This document shows positions 1-8,701 of a stretch of DNA of 64,000 nucleotides, piece after piece (within the stretch, counting starts at the first letter, position 1; every line of letters starts with the position of its first letter). The DNA is from an uncultured Terracidiphilus sp. (lineage in GTDB: Bacteria; Acidobacteriota; Terriglobia; Terriglobales; Acidobacteriaceae), in the NCBI GenBank assembly GCA_964396795.1, contig CAYNGB010000004.1:24959-88958 (forward strand). Direction: 5' to 3'. Position numbers and translations under genes: made by a program. The notes beneath the pieces are model-generated. The model worked only from the letters and a program-made list of their open reading frames with translations, did not search any database and had not been told where the DNA came from.

Positions 1-1572
1 ATACGGCAGACCCGAAGCTGTGAAGTCGAGCCCCGCAGGCACTTGGCGCTTGAGGGTATCCCAGGTCGGATAGATGTCCGACGACCAGAAGACTGCTGCG
101 TTACGCTGAGCGCCGAGATATGCCGCCCGGGCGAGGATCAGAACGCGATTGTCTGACTCCTTTCGGGAGCCCTCATACACAGATGCGGTGTGAAATAGCG
201 GGTAGACGTTGTAAAAACGTTGGCCCGGACCGACGAAAAAGTAGCTGTTGTCCGGGGGAAGGTCAGGCTCTGTTTCATCGAGCCAAATGGCATCGAAGCC
301 TTTCTCGATGAAGTTGTCTCGAATCGTTTGCCAAAACCACTTTGCAGCATCGGGATTGGTGGTGTCGATGTCTGAACCCACCCGGTCGATGTGATGGCCG
401 TTGGTTGGCGTTCCGTCAGCGAGGTGCTCGAACCAGCCTTTCTTGAGAAGCATGTCGTAGTATCGAGATCCCACGGCAAAGCGCGGCCAGATGCTGATCA
501 ACGACTTGAACCCCATGTCGTGAAGCTGGCGGTTCATCGCCTCGGGGTCAGGCCACTTGGCAGGATCCATATCCATCTGACCCATCTTTGTGTAATAGAG
601 AAAGTCGACAACAACAAAGTCCGCCGGAAGATGCCGATCTCGATAGCCCTTCGCCACGGAAAGGATCTCGTCCTGCGAATCGTATCGTTGCTTACTTTGC
701 GTAAATCCGTATGCCGCTTTGGGCAGCATCGGGGTAGGGCCTGTCAGCATGCGGTAACCGGAATAGACCTCGTCGGCGTTGTTGCCGGCGATGACGAAGA
801 AGGAGACCCGGTCGCCCACCTGCGACATCCACCTTGTCTGTTCATTGAAGCCGGCCTCGATGGTTGTCTTTGATGGGTTATCCCAAACCAGACCATAGCC
901 CCGGCTTGAAACCATAAACGGGACGCAGACGCTCTCCCCGCCGGGAGCAGAATACGAGTGCCAGCAGTTGACCGCGTGGTCCCGGTGATCCAAGTAGCCT
1001 TCCTGATTCTGACCCAGCCCATAGATGTGCTCATCGGCCGGAGAGGCGAAGGTGGCGTCAACACGGTAGAAAGGCTCGTCGGTGGAACGCTTGCCCTTCT
1101 GCATCGACAAAATGTCCTCACCGGCGTCTTGCTCTGACATCGACCAGCCAAGGAGATCTACAAGTACTTTTCCATTAGGGGTACTGACGGTGATATGGGT
1201 CGGTGGTTCATAGGTGAAGTCGAAGAATTTTGCCAACTGCAGGTCATTTGGGGTAGGGTGCGGCGCCTGGGTAGCAGCTACAACAACGACGAGGCGTTCT
1301 GATTTGTACACTTCACCGCGGCTATCCTTGGCATGACTCCAACCTGACGAAGTGGGAGTGGCAATGAAGCCGTATCCAGGGGCGCCAACCGCCTTGTCTT
1401 TCCATTTGCTGATCGTGATGCGAATGATGTTGGGCGCATAGGGCTCAAGAGCGACTATGCCGCTGCTGCTCTGAACAACAACTGGCATTGACTGGGCACC
1501 CCCATTCAAACAGCCGAGCAGAATAGAGACCGAAAATGACGCGGCAATACCCCGGCACATAAGCGGTGTCAT
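1..1572 (-). CDS. GH31 glycoside hydrolase, probable alpha-xylosidase; secreted; 3' end runs off the window
   Basis: Translated by hand; absent from the ORF track because there is no stop in the window. Starts MTPLMCRGIAASFSVSILLGCLNGGAQ (signal-like). Contains HIYGLGQNQEG, GYGLVWDNPS, nucleophile motif GFDAIWLDETEPD and acid/base region ARAAYLGAQRNAAVFWSSDI. Purine-rich RBS upstream of the ATG at 1572. Confidence 0.9.
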   Translation of the reverse strand, partial: MTPLMCRGIAASFSVSILLGCLNGGAQSMPVVVQSSSGIVALEPYAPNIIRITISKWKDKAVGAPGYGFIATPTSSGWSHAKDSRGEVYKSERLVVVVAATQAPHPTPNDLQLAKFFDFTYEPPTHITVSTPNGKVLVDLLGWSMSEQDAGEDILSMQKGKRSTDEPFYRVDATFASPADEHIYGLGQNQEGYLDHRDHAVNCWHSYSAPGGESVCVPFMVSSRGYGLVWDNPSKTTIEAGFNEQTRWMSQVGDRVSFFVIAGNNADEVYSGYRMLTGPTPMLPKAAYGFTQSKQRYDSQDEILSVAKGYRDRHLPADFVVVDFLYYTKMGQMDMDPAKWPDPEAMNRQLHDMGFKSLISIWPRFAVGSRYYDMLLKKGWFEHLADGTPTNGHHIDRVGSDIDTTNPDAAKWFWQTIRDNFIEKGFDAIWLDETEPDLPPDNSYFFVGPGQRFYNVYPLFHTASVYEGSRKESDNRVLILARAAYLGAQRNAAVFWSSDIYPTWDTLKRQVPAGLDFTASGLPY

Positions 1573-1953
1573 CTCATCCTTCTCCACACGCGGGTTAGGA
1601 TCCGACACAATTAGCGTGAAGTCGTCCCGATATTTAGGCCTTAGAGCGAAGATCGCCAAGTGTTGCACGGTGTCTTACGGTATGGAGGAATGTAAGATGT
1701 GCACAATCAGAGAGTTGGCGTGGATGAGACGGCAATTGCTTATGCGACTTGCTGGGTTTGTTGTACGCGAATTGAATGTGGGCTGAAGGGATGGACCCGG
1801 CCCAGCCGCAGTTTCTCCGTTGTCGGGCAGCAGGCCAGTTCAAATCGGCATGATCGGCGCTGATCCAATCATTGGCGATGGGACGCCAGATCGTCTGCGG
1901 ATTCAGCGACTCCGGCTTTTTGTTACAATTCGCAGAAGGAATTTTAACAACTT

Positions 1954-3294
1954 ATGATGGGCCCTGTTGACCACAGTTCTGCCGTTGGAGGTGATCGATC
2001 TTCAGCGCCCGAATCTTTCGATCGAAGAACTTTGATTCTGCAGGAATTGGAGAAGATTCTCAAGAGCCACCCATTTCGCACTAGCAGTCGCAGCAAACAG
2101 TTTCTCTCTTATATTGTTCTAGCAAGCTTGGATGGGCACATCGAGGAACTTAAAGAGCGAACGATCGGAGCCGAGGTTTTCAAGCGGGATGCAGACTATT
2201 CAACGGGAGATGATCCGGTAGTACGCGTCCAGGCTGGCGAGGTAAGAAGGAGGCTTGAGCAGTATTATCACGCTGCTTCAGCTGAAGTACCAGTACAGAT
2301 CGGAATACCATTAGGTTCATATGTCCCGGAATTCCGTTGGAGAGCAACAGATGTAGCTCCTGGGAATCCTGCCGAACGGCAAACTTCAGAACCCACAGCA
2401 AATGGGCCAGCAGAAGCGGAACCAGCCCCGGTTGGCAGTGTGCCCAGAAAGTTCCGGCCACTAATCTGGATTGTCGCGGTTGCTTGTCTTTTTCTTTTGT
2501 TGACAGGGGCGTTGATTTCGCTCGGTCTTCGGCATCATGCTCAACAGCAATCTACCATCGACAAGTTCTGGTCCCCTATCTTCAACTCCTCACAACCGGT
2601 GCTCATATGCTTGGCAAGGCCCATAGCCTACCGGCCTACGTTGGACCTATATAAGAGGTATTCCCAGACTCACCCCGGTACGTTTCAGAGCGAGGTGGAA
2701 CGAGAGAATGAAGTTCTCCCGCTGGATCCGAACGAAAAGATTTCCTGGAAAGACATCGAGATTCTTCCCGGCTACGGTGTAGCGAGCGGCGATGTGGATG
2801 TCGCAGTTCGGATCTCGACTCTTCTGACTCGGATGGGCAAACCAAGCCAAGTGCGGATTGGCGAGACCTATTCGTTCGAAGACCTTCGTAACTCGCCGAC
2901 TGTGTCCGATGGTGCATTTAACAATCGTTGGACAATGCAAATGACGACCAACCTCCATTTCGTGCCTATTTATATGGTAGGAATTCAAGAACAGATCCCC
3001 TCGGGGCGGCTCTGGAACGCGGAAATCGGGCCAAGGGGTTATATCACGGATTACGGAATTGTCACTAGGCTAATCGACTCGAAAACGGGCCAGTTTTTCG
3101 TTGCATTAGCCGGTCTCGGTACTGCCGGTACACAAACTACTGGCGAATTTGTTTCGACACCGAAGTATCTTGAGGAAGGTCTCCGTGCTGCGCCGCCTGA
3201 CTGGTACAAGAAGAACATGCAGATTGTTGTTCAGACTACAGTGACCGATTCAATTCCCGGACCTCCGCATGTCGTCGCCGTCTATTTCTGGTAA
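1954..3294 (+). CDS. Membrane-anchored putative one-component regulator (N-terminal helical/wHTH-like domain, single TM helix, extracytoplasmic domain)
   Basis: 446-aa ORF. The N-terminus (LEKILKSHPFRTSSRSKQFLSYIV...LKERTIGAEVF...DDPVVRVQAGEVRRRLEQYY...IPLGSYVPEF) resembles the OmpR/ToxR-type VRVxxxxxRRxL helix plus wing. TM helix LIWIVAVACLFLLLTGALISLGL. Divergent from the GH31 gene. Regulatory function is inferred. Confidence 0.65.
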   Translation: MMGPVDHSSAVGGDRSSAPESFDRRTLILQELEKILKSHPFRTSSRSKQFLSYIVLASLDGHIEELKERTIGAEVFKRDADYSTGDDPVVRVQAGEVRRRLEQYYHAASAEVPVQIGIPLGSYVPEFRWRATDVAPGNPAERQTSEPTANGPAEAEPAPVGSVPRKFRPLIWIVAVACLFLLLTGALISLGLRHHAQQQSTIDKFWSPIFNSSQPVLICLARPIAYRPTLDLYKRYSQTHPGTFQSEVERENEVLPLDPNEKISWKDIEILPGYGVASGDVDVAVRISTLLTRMGKPSQVRIGETYSFEDLRNSPTVSDGAFNNRWTMQMTTNLHFVPIYMVGIQEQIPSGRLWNAEIGPRGYITDYGIVTRLIDSKTGQFFVALAGLGTAGTQTTGEFVSTPKYLEEGLRAAPPDWYKKNMQIVVQTTVTDSIPGPPHVVAVYFW

Positions 3295-3381
3295 GGCGCA
3301 ATTCCGGTCGAACAATCGGATAAAGGCTTGTGTCCTAATCCATATCTTTTCTCTGCATTCCAATGTGACATCATTACGGGG

Positions 3382-6147
3382 TCAGGTCACCTGCACCTGC
3401 AGCGGCGTAGCGAAGCCGACCTCGAGCGTCGGAGAAAACTTGAGCAATACGCCGCCATCTTGAGGTGTGGCGCCATGCTCAATCTCTCGCCCTGCGCTGG
3501 CCACCTTCAGCTCGCCCTGGACAGAATGGCGAAACGGAACAATCATCAACTCCTTAAGGGAAATGGCGCCGACGGCAGCCGTAAGCGTCATCCTCAGCGG
3601 AGTTACTTCAAAGTTGCCCCAAGCACCGGGAGTTGACCAGAAACACTGGAAGTCATCAACGTTGATTTTGGGCGCAAGATCCATGCGGCGCGCTCTTGCG
3701 TCGTAGCGAAATCCTGAAAGCATGGGAATCGCAGCCCAACTTGCCATTGCGCGGGCATAGTGCCGGCCGGCTTCGGCTTCGTTGTAGGGATTGGCCTTTT
3801 CGCCATCGTACCGGCGGCGAATATTACGAATGCACTCCACTCCCTCTTCGACCATGCCGTGAGTGAGCATCAGAACTGCGGCGGAGTACTCGAAGCCGGT
3901 CATGACCTCTGCATAATAAGGCATCGGCACCTCGGGCCGGGTGCCTTTTGTGAAGTCGCAAATAACCAGAGCAGCTTCGTCGTTGAGCGCATAAACACGC
4001 TGGACCGATGCATGGCGATCGAGGCGCCTCTTATAGTTGTATCGGTAGATCGAGCCAAGAGCTTTGCGGATGTGGACTGGGTCCAGCAGGTCTCCAAGTC
4101 CGGAGACAGTGGCCATATACTGCCCGACTAACTGGTCCACAAGACAGCCGTCGCCAACCTGAAACTGCGGACGCAAAGTGTCCTTGGCACCCACGCCGAT
4201 ACGTAAGCCGCTGGCGATCTTCTCCGCAGGTATGCCGCGAATCTGCTGGACATAGTACTCTCCGTTAAAAAGATTGGCATCAATCCAACGACTTCCCTGC
4301 TCGACCATTTGTCTGCAATCGCCGGCCAAATCTCGATCGCCCATCGCTTCGGCCATCCGCTCCGTGGCGCGTAAGGCGGCGAGATACCAGGTGCCGCACA
4401 TAGGATTCGGTCCGTAAAGCTCGATGTCGTACGTGTTGTGCTGGACACCATCCATAACTCCGAATTTGCGTTCGTCCCACCCGCCAGGCCGCCACGCATA
4501 GGCAAGGGCGCGCTTGGCCGCAGGCCATTGACGCCGCAGCCAGTCGTCGTCACCCAACAGTATCCAATCGAAGTAAAGCTTGACGATCTGTCCCATCTGA
4601 CCATCCGCGGCAGCCGCTCCCCAGCGTTGGCTGCTGGGGGGAAGGTAATGGCGAAAGTCCATATGACCCTCGCCATCGGTGGCATCGTCAAAGCTGGTTT
4701 CACGCATGGAGCGGGCTAGAGAAGGAAATAGAAATTGAGTGGCCACTTCGTAATTCCAAACATGCGTACAGGTACCGAAACCGGATCCGGCCTTATCATC
4801 GCATCCCTCAAATCCCTGAAAGCTTCCATCCGCAATGCGAAAACTCGTATTGGAAACCAAGGTACTCAGGTTGGCGCTTGCGGCGTCCTTCACCTCATCC
4901 GGAAGTGTGGAATGTTTGAGTATCGCCTCGAAGTCATGCGTTCGCTTCTCTAAGTCTTTGAGATTGTCAGAGACGTATTCGGCGACGGACCACGCATCCT
5001 CGAAGCGGGTGCAATAATAATTCCCGAGCAGCGATTTCTCCGTTCCTGGTAGGGCGTCCCATCCGCATCGCGCATGCGTGCGGTTGGGGAAATGCCATGT
5101 CAGCAGGAATCGGAACGAGCGAGTGGACCCAGCGGGTATCCTCTGGCGTATCGAAACCGAACTTACAGGCGTCGAGGGTTCTTGAGCAGCTCCCAGGTTT
5201 CCGGTCTTCGCAAATTCTTCAAACCAGAAGTGTTGTGGCCCGACGTGCCAAATGCTTCCGCCGCGCCATGTCGGCAGCACTTCGACGGAACTTCCGGTGG
5301 CGGGTATTGCAGCGAGCACAAAGGAACCTTGCATGGGGTCGTCGGCAGCAAGTGATGGGTCGGTCATGAAGAGACCGTTCATGCCCTGTGCAGTGCGCGG
5401 ATCGTTTTTTCGTCCGCTTGACCGGCCTACCGGGTTTGTCATCGACCAGGCAACGACAACCTCCGCTGTTGATCGGCCGGGGTTACGAACCTCGTAGCCC
5501 AACACTGCGCATGGCAGCCCGGAAGCGTCCGCATCGAGCGGCGCAAAGGGCGAAAATGCTTCCAGCACAACGTTGACTGGGCAGTCATGATCCTCAAATT
5601 CGACGCGGGAAATGGGAAACGAGCCTAAAAACTTCGCTTCGGCCAATCGTGGCAAGCCTGGAACGTTTGCAGATCCCAACCCATCCATCTGGCGATCGTA
5701 AGGTGGCAGCAGACGCCGCTCGAGGACGACACTGTAAGGCGGCGCACCCGCAATTCCGACCCACATGCTCGGGAATGCATATTCCAGCGCATTGCCAAAG
5801 TCCGGGCGATTGAATATTTCCCAGTCTTGCAGGTTGCCGCGCCCACCTAGCCCGATTCCGCCGGTGCCAATGCCGCCAAGCGGGCGCGAAATGCGGGCGA
5901 GCTGGCGACCCGTATGCACACGGGGAAATCCGATTTCTTCCGATGTTATCGATTTGCCTGGTGATGCACCCGAGGTACCTGCCGGGGTAGATTGCCTGGC
6001 ACTCTTGCCAACGTCTTCGGCTGGTGCAGAGACTCCCGCGAACGAGGCCGCTATTGCTGCTTTCACAAAATCCCGCCTGGACGTACCGTTCTTCAATGGA
6101 AATCCCCTTTGTTTCTCTGTAGAAATGTAGGCTTCGCGATCGGCCAT
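3382..6147 (-). CDS. GH116 glycoside hydrolase (non-lysosomal glucosylceramidase-like family), Tat-exported
   Basis: PLGGIGTGGIGLGGRG and DWEIFNRP N-terminal motifs; FQGFEGC (nucleophile region), CTHVWNY, AADGQ, QHNTYD (acid/base region), CLVDQLVGQ, GRHYARAMASW; twin-arginine SRRDFVK. Confidence 0.9.
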   Translation of the reverse strand: MADREAYISTEKQRGFPLKNGTSRRDFVKAAIAASFAGVSAPAEDVGKSARQSTPAGTSGASPGKSITSEEIGFPRVHTGRQLARISRPLGGIGTGGIGLGGRGNLQDWEIFNRPDFGNALEYAFPSMWVGIAGAPPYSVVLERRLLPPYDRQMDGLGSANVPGLPRLAEAKFLGSFPISRVEFEDHDCPVNVVLEAFSPFAPLDADASGLPCAVLGYEVRNPGRSTAEVVVAWSMTNPVGRSSGRKNDPRTAQGMNGLFMTDPSLAADDPMQGSFVLAAIPATGSSVEVLPTWRGGSIWHVGPQHFWFEEFAKTGNLGAAQEPSTPVSSVSIRQRIPAGSTRSFRFLLTWHFPNRTHARCGWDALPGTEKSLLGNYYCTRFEDAWSVAEYVSDNLKDLEKRTHDFEAILKHSTLPDEVKDAASANLSTLVSNTSFRIADGSFQGFEGCDDKAGSGFGTCTHVWNYEVATQFLFPSLARSMRETSFDDATDGEGHMDFRHYLPPSSQRWGAAAADGQMGQIVKLYFDWILLGDDDWLRRQWPAAKRALAYAWRPGGWDERKFGVMDGVQHNTYDIELYGPNPMCGTWYLAALRATERMAEAMGDRDLAGDCRQMVEQGSRWIDANLFNGEYYVQQIRGIPAEKIASGLRIGVGAKDTLRPQFQVGDGCLVDQLVGQYMATVSGLGDLLDPVHIRKALGSIYRYNYKRRLDRHASVQRVYALNDEAALVICDFTKGTRPEVPMPYYAEVMTGFEYSAAVLMLTHGMVEEGVECIRNIRRRYDGEKANPYNEAEAGRHYARAMASWAAIPMLSGFRYDARARRMDLAPKINVDDFQCFWSTPGAWGNFEVTPLRMTLTAAVGAISLKELMIVPFRHSVQGELKVASAGREIEHGATPQDGGVLLKFSPTLEVGFATPLQVQVT

Positions 6148-6348
6148 GACAAGTAATGCACAGTGTCTTACGGTTGCTTGATCTTTAATTCATTTTTGTC
6201 GGCGCCTTTGTCCAAACGCCAATGATCATAAAGTTCTTGGGCCGAGAGCCTAACCGTGAGATTGCTTCTCGCATTCGAGCTTCGTCTATTGGCGAGATTT
6301 CCATTCGAGCGCATCAAGGATTGAAAAGCTGGCTCCACCCTTGACATG

Positions 6349-6372
6349 GGGGTTCCCACAATGGGGTTCCCA
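6349..6372 (+). repeat. Direct repeat GGGGTTCCCA x2, candidate integrase arm-type sites
   Basis: Identical 10-mers at 6349-6358 and 6363-6372, about 100 bp left of the tRNA-derived att core. Confidence 0.45.
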
Positions 6373-6474
6373 TTTGAAAACGACCGAAAACTATCTATAC
6401 GATTCAGAAGGACTTATGCGATTGAGGCATCACGATTGAAATTCGCAAGTTGTTGATTCTACGTGGCATTGTCA

Positions 6475-6520
6475 GTTCCGGACCAGGGGGTCGAAGCTTC
6501 AAATCCTCTCTCCCCGACCA
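6475..6520 (+). pseudogene. Degenerate 3' half of tRNA-Pro (att core of an integrated element)
   Basis: GTTCCGGACCAGGGGGTCGAAGCTTCAAATCCTCTCTCCCCGACCA contains an anticodon-arm remnant, a TTCAAAT T-loop and an acceptor 3' strand ending CCA. The upstream sequence supplies no 5' acceptor strand or D-arm, and the T-stem has mismatches. Adjacent to an integrase remnant. Confidence 0.75.
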
Positions 6521-6545
6521 TTCTTTCTCATCTGCAATCAATGAC

Positions 6546-6923
6546 TTAGGCCGCGTCTTTCGCGACGTCATTTTCCTCTGTTTTCGGTACATTCGATACA
6601 AGTGGAGGCAATTCGAAGCCGAAACCACACTTCCCCGCCCACTCTCTCCGGAAGGCAGCGTCCTCTTTGATCTTGTCGTAGAGGGCGGACATGGAGTCGT
6701 CGGCGTGTCCCATCCAAAACTTCAGGAGACCCTCGGGACATCCGGTTCGATTCCGGAGATGCGTGTTGCGGAAACGTCTGAAAGCGTGGTTGCCCGCCTT
6801 GCTGGTTCCGGTAAACGGGTTGATGAATCCGAGCTTCTTCAGCACCGGGTGAAGATGCCGGCGAAGAATGTTGGAAGAGCCAAGCGGCTTTCCATTCCTG
6901 GTACAGAACAGAAACCCGCCGAT
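6546..6923 (-). pseudogene. Tyrosine recombinase/integrase C-terminal remnant
   Basis: The frame reads GGFLFCTRNGKPLGSSNILRRHLHPVLKKLG...AGNHAFRRFRNTHL...KFWMGHADDSMSALYDK. HxxR, GH and the catalytic Tyr are present. An in-frame stop at about 6939 cuts off the first catalytic Arg and the N-terminal domains. Confidence 0.85.
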
Positions 6924-7053
6924 CTGATGCCTGAGAACTCAATCAGGATTCATAGGCTCTTGCACACTTTGGCGTTAGTCGTCGAACAACCTGCGATAAC
7001 AACGAATCGACAAATACCTCGTGCGAGCCTTTTGGAATACCCTACACACGACT

Positions 7054-7635
7054 TTAAGGCTTGGGTGTGGCTCTGCCCGGCTTTCGCTTGCCAGATGTGT
7101 TCCTGAGCATCGCTTTAGCCATGGCAAGTGCAGCGGCGGATTCCCCTTTGAGAAGGGCGACCGATGAAGCCGAACGCAGTTTTCGATACCAGGCGGCAAT
7201 CGGTGGAACCGAAGCCGGTTCGTCGGGTTCTTCGAATCTGCCGATAGATTCCAGCCGTTGGGCTGCAGATTGGTGCAGAAAATCACTAGCCAGTCGTCGG
7301 TCGCCGCCAACCCAGAGGGCCAGCAGTGCCACTCGAAGGTCGGCGTCGAGGTCACCGCTCGGGCCTTGGACGATTAATTCCCGCCAGCCGCTCCTCAGGT
7401 GCTTTCGGCCCAATGGCGCAATTTTGTATTCGGTACGACCGCGGGAACCTGGCTCTCCCTGGATCACCAACTCCTCGTCCAGAAGTCTCCGCAAGGCAGG
7501 GATCGTTGCCCCGGGAGAGAGTCCGGCGGCCATCTTTAGTTCATACGGGGTAGAAACGCCGCTTGCGATCAGCGCGAGCACGAACAGATCGAGGTCATTT
7601 CGGCGGCGTTTATCACGGGTCTCAGACACGTCCAC
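7054..7635 (-). CDS. PadR-like winged-helix transcriptional regulator
   Basis: DLDLFVLALIASGVSTPYEL...LSPGATIPALRRLLDEELV...GRTEYKIAPLGRKHL matches the PadR wHTH pattern, followed by a helical C-terminal domain. Confidence 0.7.
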   Translation of the reverse strand: MDVSETRDKRRRNDLDLFVLALIASGVSTPYELKMAAGLSPGATIPALRRLLDEELVIQGEPGSRGRTEYKIAPLGRKHLRSGWRELIVQGPSGDLDADLRVALLALWVGGDRRLASDFLHQSAAQRLESIGRFEEPDEPASVPPIAAWYRKLRSASSVALLKGESAAALAMAKAMLRNTSGKRKPGRATPKP

Positions 7636-7715
7636 CAGTATACGGGTATGGGCGGGCGGAACCTGGGAAGACCTGGCGCCGTTCCGCTACGGCGCCAGGT
7701 TTGGGGTTGGTTTGG

Positions 7716-8033
7716 CTAGTTCTGGTGCCTGCGCCTCCTGGGCGGCGGCATCTGTGGAGTCCCCGCCTGCCACTTCTCGGCGGCATACTCGGCTAAGAGG
7801 GGCTCCAGACGGGGGGCCATGCGGTTGAAATCGACTATGTCTGCCGGAGTGTACTTTTGGTCATCCCAGAGCCGGATCAGTTCCTTTCCCACTTCCTCTT
7901 CCGTCGATGACCAAGGGTGGAGGAGCAGTATCGCCACGTAACCGCCGAGGAAGTAAAGAAAGCGGTCAGTGATCGGAAGCTGAGCAAAGGGCACGTGAAT
8001 GTCACTATTTGCGTCCATGCCTCTTTTCCACAA
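7716..8033 (-). CDS. Hypothetical protein, about 100 aa
   Basis: Protein-like composition (MDANSDIHVPFAQLPITDRFLYFLGGYVAILLLHPW...), co-oriented with the PadR-like gene; no recognisable motif. Confidence 0.4.
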   Translation of the reverse strand: MWKRGMDANSDIHVPFAQLPITDRFLYFLGGYVAILLLHPWSSTEEEVGKELIRLWDDQKYTPADIVDFNRMAPRLEPLLAEYAAEKWQAGTPQMPPPRRRRHQN

Positions 8034-8701
8034 CGAGCATGATCTACAGCCAAAGGCTGCCAGGTTTCACTGGAACGCAGGCCGCAAACGATACCCTGAG
8101 GCATGACGTGGGGCGCCACTGGTTTGCCTGATCAATGGCAATTCTTCCAGAACACAGAAAACCGCATGGATTCGTTTCCCGACCCCGTTTCATATCTCAG
8201 ATATTTTCCAGAACGGAACGGCTCGCTAGGCAATTCTGTCAGGATATGGCAGGACGAGTGCGGCAACTTTCCCGACAGCTTTCCGTCTTAGTGGCCTTCA
8301 CTTTCTCGGCACACTTCCTGCACACCAACCGGCAAACGACATCGCGAAACTCGCGATCAGACGCCCCGGCGGGCTGATGCCGGATCAGTCCACTGATAAA
8401 CATGCCACATCGGCGTTTCAGGGGAGTAATCGTGACATTTGTGATGACCAGTTCAACCATTAGATCCGAGTAAAACAATCCTGTGGCCAAGGAGGATCGC
8501 CGGGGCGCCAGACGCCGGCCTTTTCAGGGCGTAAGACGGGCCAAACACGGGTGAGGATAACTAACCTCGAAGCCAAGCTGGGAAAACTGTGAAGTATGAA
8601 TGAAAAGCTTAAGATTAGAACAAACACACCTTGTCTCTATCGGAATGAAGGGAACTTACGTGAAAGGCGAATCACTGCGCGGGTGGGAAAAGATCGAATC
8701 C

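Noticed and set aside
138..1151. Apparent GH31 frameshift or pseudogene (only short ORFs in the track)
   Set aside because: Manual translation gives one continuous frame from 1572 to 1; it is missing from the track only because the stop lies outside the window.
6445..6520. Intact tRNA-Pro gene
   Set aside because: No 5' acceptor strand or D-arm, and mismatches in the anticodon and T arms; only a 3' fragment.
6450..7106. 218-aa + strand ORF across the att site
   Set aside because: Reads through the tRNA fragment and antisense to the integrase remnant; not protein-like.
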